40,012 nucleotides of DNA, taken from Clostridia bacterium. GTDB lineage: Bacteria > Bacillota > Clostridia > UMGS1883. This document shows, one piece after another, positions 25,711 through 34,000 of the stretch (position 1 is its first letter; every line of letters starts with the position of its first letter). The DNA is taken from positions 1 to 40,012 of the forward strand of contig JAZNLD010000097.1 of the NCBI GenBank assembly GCA_045578925.1, given 5' to 3'. Both the position numbers and the translations under genes were made by a program. The notes under the pieces were generated by a model, which made no database searches, was not told where the DNA came from, and worked only from the letters and a program-made list of their open reading frames with translations.

Positions 25711-26652
25711 TTACCAAAGTGATGTTTCTGTAACTTTCTTGGATATGAAGTTCGCTGTAGCCACAAGAGTAAGCGAAATCACACTGTTGAAAAGACCTAC
25801 CGCTGTTGAGAAGGAGTAGTCGGAATCAACAAGACCGCGTCTGTAAACGTAGGTACTGATAACGTCAGCTGTTTCATATGTAGTAGGCTGATAAAGAAGG
25901 ATGATTGTTTCATAACCTACTGAAAGCATATTACCCATACGCATGATGAACATAATTATAATTGTGGGAAGAATTGACTTGAATGTGATGTGCCACATCT
26001 GGCGGAATCTTCCCGCACCGTCAATGCGGGCTGCTTCGTAAAGTGTTTCGTCAATTGAGCTTATTGCTGATGTGTAAAGAATAGTACCAAAACCTATTCC
26101 CTTCCAGCCGCCCATTGCGACATATATCGTTCTGAAGTATTCAGGCTTAATCAGGAAATACTGTCTTTCAAAGCCAAGCTTCTCAATCAGGATGTTTATA
26201 ATACCTGCTGACGGAGAAAGGAAGCTGATTACAAGACCTGCTACTACAACCGATGAAATGAAGTGTGGCATATAGCTGGCTGTCTGAACGATTGTTTTAT
26301 ACCTCTTGGAAGGGATTTCGTTTATGAACAGAGCAAATGCAACTGTAAGCGGGAAAATTGTAACCAACTGTATCAGGTTGATCATAAAGGTATTCCTGAT
26401 AAGTCGTCCCAAGTACGGATTTGAAAAGAACGCTTCAAAATGCTTGAAGCCTACCCACGGGCTGTCCGAAGCACCTAACAGGGGATTGTAATCCTTGAAC
26501 GCAATCTGAAGGAATCCGATTGGCCTGTAAAAGAATAGCAAAAAGTAAATGAGTGTCGGCAGCATCAAAAGATAAAGCTGCTTACTTCTTCTTATTTCTT
26601 TCCAGGCTGTTGCCATTTTTGTTTTGAATTCTACTTTGTAATTGTCCTTCAT
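25711..26652 (-). CDS. Carbohydrate ABC transporter permease (LplB-like)
   Basis: 313 aa. The opening ...WKEIRRSKQLYLLMLPTLIYFLLFFYRPIGFLQIAFKDY and the loop EAARIDGAGRFRQMWHITFKSILPT are typical of this permease family. GAGGTG RBS. No ATPase gene lies in the window. Confidence 0.85.
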   Translation of the reverse strand: MKDNYKVEFKTKMATAWKEIRRSKQLYLLMLPTLIYFLLFFYRPIGFLQIAFKDYNPLLGASDSPWVGFKHFEAFFSNPYLGRLIRNTFMINLIQLVTIFPLTVAFALFINEIPSKRYKTIVQTASYMPHFISSVVVAGLVISFLSPSAGIINILIEKLGFERQYFLIKPEYFRTIYVAMGGWKGIGFGTILYTSAISSIDETLYEAARIDGAGRFRQMWHITFKSILPTIIIMFIMRMGNMLSVGYETIILLYQPTTYETADVISTYVYRRGLVDSDYSFSTAVGLFNSVISLTLVATANFISKKVTETSLW

Positions 26653-26805
26653 TGGTAAATCACCTCAGTTATATTTTAACATTGTTACATTTTCGTTACA
26701 ACGGCATATTTTTGACATCAGCACCTTATTTTTTACCTTTAGGTAAATACTTCCAACCCCTTTGTTGACAGTATGGACAGATTTTTCTCCACTTTCCTTT
26801 TTTTC

Positions 26806-26834
26806 TTGATTTATGTTTCATTTTTTGCTATAAT
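26806..26834 (+). promoter_or_regulatory. Sigma-A-type promoter of the membrane AraC regulator gene
   Basis: TTGATT (26806-26811), a 17-nt spacer, then TATAAT (26829-26834), with a TG at the extended -10 position (TGcTATAAT). GAAAGGAGG RBS at 26846-26854, 7 nt before ATG 26862. Confidence 0.6.
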
Positions 26835-26861
26835 GTAAAAAACAAGAAAGGAGGCCACTAT

Positions 26862-29066
26862 ATGAATAGGTATAAAAAGCTGATACTGAAAAATTCGCTT
26901 CTTATATGTCTGATTTTTTCAGTTCTGTTCCTGCTTGGATTTTATATTGAGCGATATTCTTTCTCAAAAAAGAGTTATGAGCAACAGGCCCGTAATTCAT
27001 TAAGAGAAATTTCCCGCATGATTGATGCCTCCTTCACCAAGCTTCAGGATTACTCAATTCTTTTCAATCAGAACACTACATATTTTAAGGAGTACGTTGA
27101 GTCACCCTCGCCTACTCCCACTTTAAGAAAAGATTTAAGCAAATACCTGACTTCCGAAATCAGTGCGATGCCGTCTAACACGGCAAAGATTTTTATAACT
27201 CAGCCAAACGATAAATATATTGTTTCCAGCGGCTCGGTAATGTCCCCGACATTCTTCACACAACAGTACGGACTTAACTATGAATCATTGATTGACCTTA
27301 TTACCAACGAGAATCCGCCGGCTTTACAGACACCGTATGTTTACATTACTGAAAGTCAGGGCAAAACATATTTTGCAACGGCTATCCGCAACGATAAAAA
27401 CTTCACGGGAAGCTACACGATTATTCTTCTTTATGAAATGGATTCGTTTTTAGTGAACCTTCCCGAATACACTTCGCTCCTGATCAGTCAGGGTGGTTTC
27501 CCTCTTTACTGTAACGGCGACTTCTCGTATGAACAGCTTACAAAGATTGCTGAAGGACGACCTGTTTCCAAATATACAACAGTTGCTTCCTATTCTTCTA
27601 TGACGACGGTGCTTGGGCATCTTTCCTACACCTTGATTCTGCCGACTTCGCTCTATTCACAACAGATGAATCGTCATCTTGTACTTTCTATTCTTTCAGC
27701 AATTGTTTTGTTTTTGCTTTCACTTGTTCTTTCCCGCAGACTTTCTGCAAAAGCGTACAGCCCCATTGACCGACTCGTTGCGCAGATCAATGAAATAGGT
27801 GCTGAACCATCCGAAAATGAAATCGAAGCAATTTCCTCCTTTATTTCTGTACTGAACAACAAAAACAAAGAGCTTTCTACCGTTGTAAGCAAGTCGGAAA
27901 AAACACTACGCGAAAAGTTTTTAAGTGATTTCCTTCACGGACGCTTATCCGCAGAAACTGCAATGCAGGAAATGCATCGACATATACCTGATATTGATAA
28001 TCTCCCCCCATTTTTCGTGGTTGTTCTCGGTGCCGAAATAGAGCACGACAACACTTTCGGAAATACAGAGAATCTTCATTCATTCTATGGTGTGCTTCGA
28101 GCAATGCTTGAAAATGAATTCTGTGATTCTCCGTTAGTATTTGTAGCGTCAATAACTCCGTCTGTGTACGGATTCGTATTATCGTACAATGATGCAATAA
28201 CTCTTACAGAAAAGCTCAAAAACCTCCTTATCGGTATGGAAATTGACCTTGGCACAAGCATTCATTCAACTATAAGTGAAAAAGTAATGACCTGGAAAAA
28301 GCTTCCCCACATTCTGCTTACCACATATTACAGACACACTACATCAAAATTGAGCGTTGCTACCAAGACGGTTTCTTCTACGGAAGAGCACAGTCTGACG
28401 GTTTTGTATTCACCCGAAATCGAAAACGAAATCTATACAAGTTGCATAAGACAGAATAAAGAGAAGCTTTTCTCTGCACTTGATTTCCTTTTGAACGAAA
28501 ACTTCAATCAATCATTAAGTTTTGAGGAAAGTCGTTCTCAGCTTTCAATTCTTTTCTATGCCCTTTGCACAAGAATATTTGCCTTTTCAGGAATCGAGGC
28601 AAAAGCTGTCTTTGGAGAGGATTATAACATCTACCATAAGATGAAGCATTGTGAGAGTTTCTTCGATTTCTCAGATACTGTCCGCTATATTTTCATAACT
28701 TTATCAGATGCGATAAAGAGCATCCAGACAACAGATGAACACAACTATGGTGAAGATATGATTGAGTTCATCCATCAGAATTATCAAAGAGATGTTTCTC
28801 TTCACGACCTTGCTACTCACATGAATATGTCGCAGGCTTATATCAGCAGACTTTTCAAAAAGCTTACTAACTACAATTTCAAGGACTACCTGTCAAAAGT
28901 CCGTATAGAAAAAGCTACACAGCTTCTTTCTGAAAACAGTTTTATAAGCATTCAGGATGTAGCTGCAAAAGTCGGATACAGCAACCCGAAGCCATTTACT
29001 GCATTATTCATCAAGACAATGGGTGTAAGTCCTTCAGAGTATAGAAAAATGAATAAGAAAAACTAA
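26862..29066 (+). CDS. Membrane-spanning one-component AraC-family regulator (TM1, ~240-aa extracytoplasmic domain, TM2, HAMP-like segment, linker domain, AraC HTH)
   Basis: 734 aa.
- Hydrophobic spans at aa 12-29 (SLLICLIFSVLFLLGFYI) and aa 272-291 (HLVLSILSAIVLFLLSLVLS).
- Post-TM2 SPIDRLVAQINEIGAEPSENEIEAISSFISVLNNKNKEL resembles a HAMP domain.
- C-terminal DVSLHDLATHMNMSQAYISRLFKK...IQDVAAKVGYSNPKPFTALFIKTMGVSPSEYRK is a double AraC/XylS HTH (nt ~28755-29063).
- No histidine-kinase or receiver motifs are seen. Confidence 0.8.
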   Translation: MNRYKKLILKNSLLICLIFSVLFLLGFYIERYSFSKKSYEQQARNSLREISRMIDASFTKLQDYSILFNQNTTYFKEYVESPSPTPTLRKDLSKYLTSEISAMPSNTAKIFITQPNDKYIVSSGSVMSPTFFTQQYGLNYESLIDLITNENPPALQTPYVYITESQGKTYFATAIRNDKNFTGSYTIILLYEMDSFLVNLPEYTSLLISQGGFPLYCNGDFSYEQLTKIAEGRPVSKYTTVASYSSMTTVLGHLSYTLILPTSLYSQQMNRHLVLSILSAIVLFLLSLVLSRRLSAKAYSPIDRLVAQINEIGAEPSENEIEAISSFISVLNNKNKELSTVVSKSEKTLREKFLSDFLHGRLSAETAMQEMHRHIPDIDNLPPFFVVVLGAEIEHDNTFGNTENLHSFYGVLRAMLENEFCDSPLVFVASITPSVYGFVLSYNDAITLTEKLKNLLIGMEIDLGTSIHSTISEKVMTWKKLPHILLTTYYRHTTSKLSVATKTVSSTEEHSLTVLYSPEIENEIYTSCIRQNKEKLFSALDFLLNENFNQSLSFEESRSQLSILFYALCTRIFAFSGIEAKAVFGEDYNIYHKMKHCESFFDFSDTVRYIFITLSDAIKSIQTTDEHNYGEDMIEFIHQNYQRDVSLHDLATHMNMSQAYISRLFKKLTNYNFKDYLSKVRIEKATQLLSENSFISIQDVAAKVGYSNPKPFTALFIKTMGVSPSEYRKMNKKN

Positions 29067-29120
29067 AAAAGAAGTGTGCCGCTTTGACGCTTTCTTTCCG
29101 GTTAAATTACTATACAGTAA

Positions 29121-29155
29121 AAACGGAACACACGATTGAATCGTGTGTTCCGTTT
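29121..29155. terminator. Bidirectional intrinsic terminator shared by two convergent genes
   Basis: Perfect 16-bp stem aaacggaacacacgat / atcgtgtgttccgttt with a 3-nt loop (tga). T-rich sequence follows on the plus strand (ACTTTTATATTTATTTT). It lies between the regulator stop (29066) and the DUF4432 stop (29166). Confidence 0.8.
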
Positions 29156-29165
29156 ACTTTTATAT

Positions 29166-30101
29166 TTATTTTACATCCTCAACTTTAAACTTGATGTATG
29201 TTTTATATTCCTCAAAGGGTTTAAGGTTAACATACTCGTCATTTATGCGGATGTTTTCACCACCGCGGTTTGTTGTGCGGGGTTCAAGACCTATAACATA
29301 CTCGCTCTCACCCATCATTTTCCAGATAAGGAAATTTGGAAGTGTTGCGGTTTTGTATGTAATACTTGCAAATATCTTCTCGTTTTTGATACCAACTGTA
29401 ACTTCGTCCTGATTTTCAAAGGGAACTTTGAGACATTCTTCCTTTTTGCCGTGAATCGGCGCAGAAAGAGATGCAATATCCGCGGGAACATTTGTCATAA
29501 CTGCGTTTTCATTTACAAGCGGATAACCAAAATTACAATGATAGCAAAGTGCTATTTCTTCGTTTTCAAATCCCTCGTTAATTATAGTATCTTCAAGAGT
29601 GAATTCGTCCGAGAAAAGTTTTGTTCTGATAGTTCTTTTAAGAACAAGATTTTCTCCGAAAACTGCACATTCACGAACCTGACCTGAAACTTCGATAACA
29701 TAGTCATCGCCGACCCAATCGGCAAAAACAGAAACCTTTTCAGCAGGAGTGTTGGCAATCCTGCCGTGCTGTCCCTGATCAAGATAGGGCTTGCCGATGT
29801 TTTTAAGCCCGCAGGTAGTCACAAGTCCGCCAAAAAATCCACGAAGGAAATTCTTGTCAGTTCTGTCGTAATATTCAGGAGCAGTTATGCCTGTTTTTGA
29901 AATCCAGCTTATTGCTTCACCTTTATAAAACGCCTGCGCGATGTCCATACATCTGTCAGGAATAACTGTAAATGATATTTTACCGGTATTGATTTCAAGA
30001 GCGCGTACGCCCTTCATCTTGCCGTCGTTAAATGTAAAATCACGCACACCGCCGATTTGCGAAATATCGCCAACACGCGCCATAAGTTCTTTTTTATTCA
30101 T
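29166..30101 (-). CDS. DUF4432 / aldose-1-epimerase-like (galactose mutarotase fold) protein
   Basis: 311 aa with GAGGTG RBS. LMARVGDISQIGGVRDFTFNDGKMKGVRALEINTGKISFTVIPDRCMDIAQAFYKGEAISWISKTG ... GGLVTTCGL ... QHGRIANTPAEKV follows the pattern I associate with DUF4432. Confidence 0.65.
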   Translation of the reverse strand: MNKKELMARVGDISQIGGVRDFTFNDGKMKGVRALEINTGKISFTVIPDRCMDIAQAFYKGEAISWISKTGITAPEYYDRTDKNFLRGFFGGLVTTCGLKNIGKPYLDQGQHGRIANTPAEKVSVFADWVGDDYVIEVSGQVRECAVFGENLVLKRTIRTKLFSDEFTLEDTIINEGFENEEIALCYHCNFGYPLVNENAVMTNVPADIASLSAPIHGKKEECLKVPFENQDEVTVGIKNEKIFASITYKTATLPNFLIWKMMGESEYVIGLEPRTTNRGGENIRINDEYVNLKPFEEYKTYIKFKVEDVK

Positions 30102-30115
30102 AACAACACCTCAGA

Positions 30116-30964
30116 TCAGAAGGGGAAATAAGTATCCTTGTTTTCTTCAGTAAGCTGTTTTCCGTATTCGGAAAGCATAAGAGCTTCTGCGTAACGAATC
30201 TTGCTACCCTTTTCTTCGCCATACTTTTCAATAAGCTCTTTTCTGAAACGAGCTGCAACCTTTGCAAAACGAACTGCATATCCACTCTTAACTGCCATAA
30301 CTTCTTCATCGGTGGTTTCGGGAGTAATATTCATACCCTTCATCCACTCGCGTCTTTCTTCTTCACTTTCAGGAACTGTTTCTCCTTTAGTATAAGGAAG
30401 CCATTCGTAAATCTGCGATCTGTGGCAACGGACACATTCGAGCTTTGTTTCAATTTCATCGTCAATTCCGATAACAACATCTGCCCTGAATTCAGGATTT
30501 TTGAACGCATCTACTGTCTGCATAATTACGGGCATCGACTTCATCGCAGGCGTTTCGGGGCAGAAATGCGGTACAATAAGAAGGTATGACGCATCCTGAA
30601 CGAGCTGTGCAGTTGCACGGTGATCTGCATGGTAGTCATTCACACGATGTGTGCAAATGATGTCGGGATTATATTCACGGATGTAACGGGTAAGTCTTCT
30701 GCGGTTTTCAAGTGTTGGCTCAATTTCACAGTCGTTAATATCTTCCCAGATGTCATACTGAACACCAAGAATTTTTGCAACCTGCTGTGTTTCGCCCTTT
30801 CTCACTCTTGCAGTTTCTTCGGGGGAAAGAATGTGGTGTCCGCCATTACCGTTACAAAGGCAGAGAAATCTTACGTCGTGACCAAGCTGTTTGAACTTTA
30901 TGGTCATTCCGGCATTACGAAATTCGATATCATCTTCATGCGCGCCAATAATTAAAATTTTCAT
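30116..30964 (-). CDS. PIG-L / LmbE-family N-acetylglucosaminyl deacetylase
   Basis: The ORF track extends to 31048. ATG 30964 has AAGGAG 8 nt upstream and gives MKILIIGAHEDDIEF, the AHxDDxE zinc-site motif. A later NDYHADHRA carries the HxDH motif. No signal peptide. Confidence 0.8.
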   Translation of the reverse strand: MKILIIGAHEDDIEFRNAGMTIKFKQLGHDVRFLCLCNGNGGHHILSPEETARVRKGETQQVAKILGVQYDIWEDINDCEIEPTLENRRRLTRYIREYNPDIICTHRVNDYHADHRATAQLVQDASYLLIVPHFCPETPAMKSMPVIMQTVDAFKNPEFRADVVIGIDDEIETKLECVRCHRSQIYEWLPYTKGETVPESEEERREWMKGMNITPETTDEEVMAVKSGYAVRFAKVAARFRKELIEKYGEEKGSKIRYAEALMLSEYGKQLTEENKDTYFPF

Positions 30965-31004
30965 TTCATTCGCTCCTTTTGTGAATAATTTTTCATACAT
31001 AGTA

Positions 31005-31033
31005 AGTATACCACTCGAAAGAGGTGAATTCAA
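31005..31033 (-). promoter_or_regulatory. Sigma-A-type promoter of the PIG-L / DUF4432 operon
   Basis: Minus strand: TTGAAT (31033..31028), the 17-nt spacer TCACCTCTTTCGAGTGG, then TATACT (31010..31005). It sits just downstream of the terminator of the preceding gene. Confidence 0.6.
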
Positions 31034-31076
31034 GAAAAAAACGGACAATTTTTTTGCAAAACTGTCCGTTTTTTTG
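31034..31076 (-). terminator. Intrinsic terminator of the 1388-aa beta-helix gene
   Basis: Minus strand: AAAAAAA-CGGACAGTTTTGCAAAAAAATTGTCCG-TTTTTTT. The stem is ACGGACA/TGTCCGT plus an inner AAAA/TTTT with one mismatch (31041-31069). It is flanked by a 7-nt A-run and a 7-nt T-run and begins 12 nt after the stop. Confidence 0.8.
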
Positions 31077-31088
31077 TAACTAAATTAC

Positions 31089-34000
31089 TTAATTAAATCC
31101 TTTGTCAAAGCCTTTTGCTGCTGTCTTGAGTTTGCCTGTGTCAGCCTCTGTGAAACCGAAGCTATCTGCGATAAGAATCATTCTTTCATCGCCGTACCAC
31201 ATAACTTTCTTACCGAGAGCTTCAACTGTTGCACGAAGCGGAATCATTGTTCTGCCATTTACAAGCTTAGCTTCTGTTTCAGATTCTTTAACCGTGCCGT
31301 TTGCTTTATAGTTCTTCTTACCGATAGTAAATGCAACGACATTTTCACCCTTTGTAATAGTTGCGGTCTGTGTGTCTGCATCCCAGTCAACCTTTGCTCC
31401 AAATGCTTCTGAAACGAAACGAAGCGGTACCATCGTTCTGCCGTTTTCGATGTAAGGAGCTGTATCGGGAATCTGAAGTTCATCAATAACAGTAAATGCC
31501 TTCTGAGAGTCTATCTTCATAAGAAGAAGGTTTTCAGAGTAGTCGTAGAATGTACGGTTGAATTCAAGAAGGTCTTTATCAGCCTTTACTACACCAACTG
31601 CAGGAGCTACAAGTTTACCCTTTCCGCTGCCCTTGATTGTGAAGATGATATCACCAATCTTCGAGTGAGAAGCACATTCGTAAGTGCCAAGGTATACCCA
31701 GCCTTCTTCTCCCTTGGAGAAGTCAACATTCTTAACTACAGTTGTCTTACCACCTGTTGTGGGTGAATATGCTACCATTGAGATAGTTGCATTCGGGTCA
31801 CCGCCCTCTACAGGTTTGTGGTAATAATAAGTCTTATAAGGTACTTCTGTATCAGTTACAGTATAAACAACCTGAGCGTTAGGATCGGTTGAAACCTTAA
31901 CCTTTGAACCGTCGATTGTTGTAGCAGATTCTTCTGTAAATGTACCTGTCTTAACTGCTATCTTGTTATCAGCATTGTAGATTGTCTTCGCCTGATCCAT
32001 CTGAGTTGCTGAACCACCGTATACAAATTCACCTGCGGGAATGCTTGCAGGATCAGCCTCCTGAAGTTCAACTACTGCGCCTTCACTACCGGGGCGGATT
32101 ACAAAGTAACCGTCACCGAAGCATGGTGTTTCTGTATCAACCTCGTCAAATACGGTTTCTCCGTTAACCTTAAGGAATACATTTACACCACCGGGAACGT
32201 CGATGCTACCGAATTCAATATCAACCCACTCGCCTTCTTTGATAAAGCTGTTGGGATAGGTTGTGATAGTGCCTACTTTTGCAGCACCGGGATTTCTCTT
32301 CTGGAATTCAATCTGTTCAGGCTTAAGAACTATAAGGTAAGTATTAAGTGTAGCGTCATAACACTGAACGTTGGGATTGCTCTGCTTGATTGAAAGACCT
32401 GTATAACCATTGTAGTTAACCTTCATTCTGAAGTGCTTAACTGTGTATCCGGGAGTTTTGCTCTTGTAATAAGCCCAGCCGCCACTACCGAATGATTCGA
32501 TTTTAACCGTGTTGCCTTCCTTGTAAACGCCTGTGCTCGCATCGTGAGCAAGCCAATTGTCATCAATCTTGATGTTTTCATGTCCTGCGCGCTTATAACC
32601 TGAAATACCATTCTGGAATTCCTGAAGTTCTGCAACAGCTTGCTGAATTTCTTCCTGACTGCCTGTTACCTTATTTGCGATAAGCTGTGCGCTCGCAAGT
32701 TTATTGTCGATAGCAGTAGTTACCTCCTGCTTGTACTGACCAATTGCAGGGCCTATCTGAGGATCAACTGTTGTTTTAAGGGCTTTAAGGTTTTTGATTT
32801 CATCGTTAAGCATTTCCTTTTCAAGAACGTCTGTTGCTGATGTCTTGAACATATAGGGAACACCTTCGCTGGGCCATGTGTTACCAATCTGCTTGGAGTA
32901 AGCTTTTGCCCAAACCTTGTAGTAGTAAACTGTATTGTTCTTAAGATCAGGAAGCATTACCAGATTATGGATTGATGTACCTGACGCAACAACATTTTTA
33001 AGTTCGGGGTCAGTTGCTACTACATATTCGTAAGCATCAGCATATCTTGCAGCTTCCCACTTAATATATGCAGTATTTCTGACAACATCCGTCTGACCAT
33101 TTGTCGGATAAATGAGTCTGAAAGGTGTTGCTACCTTTTCAAGCTTCATAACATTTTCCTGAACACCAATCTTATCCATGCTGAAGTTATCTTCGTTTAT
33201 GAATGTATCCGGGAAATTGAGTTCTGTTACAGCCTCGCGCTTCAAACGGTAGTCGTGATTTTCGGGATCTACAAACACACCGTAATCCTTGATGTTCTGG
33301 TTATTTATAAAACTACCATTTTTAGTATGAGCTTCCTGGAAATTATCTCTGTTAACATCTACTGAAAGATTGTTATGGAAAGTATTATTCTTACAGATCA
33401 TGAGCTTGTTATTTGTTTCATACATTTCACGAAGCTCCATGATTCTGGGATACTTTTCCAAAATTGCAGGAGAGTTAGCCTTGTAAGAAGGTGCTGCAGT
33501 TTTATAACATGTTTCGTGAATTGCTGATCCACGGTCAGTAGCACGTGAACCGATATCGGAATTAACTACGATATTTTCACACCAGTAGCTGTCAGAACCT
33601 ACGAAAAGGTTACCTGCAGTACGGTTCTTTGTTCCGGGAACTATAATATTATGGTGTGCCTTCTGACCTACCATCCAGTCATCCCAATAAATACCCGATA
33701 CCTGATATTTTGCTGCAAATATAGGTCCGAAGTTGTGGATGTAGTTGTAGGACATTTCGTTATCCCACTCGTTCCAGGTACGGCCTGCGTAGATAACGCC
33801 AAGGTCGGCACCTTCATGAGAAACGCCGCAGATTTCGTTATATCTTATCTGATTTTGCATTCCGCCGAAGTGGATAGCCTGACCATAGGGAGCACCGTGA
33901 ATAATATTATTTTCAACGATATCACCGATTGTTGTATTATCTGAAGTACGACCTACATTTACAGCGTGGTTTCCCCAGAAGTCGTGAACTGTCGCCCAAT

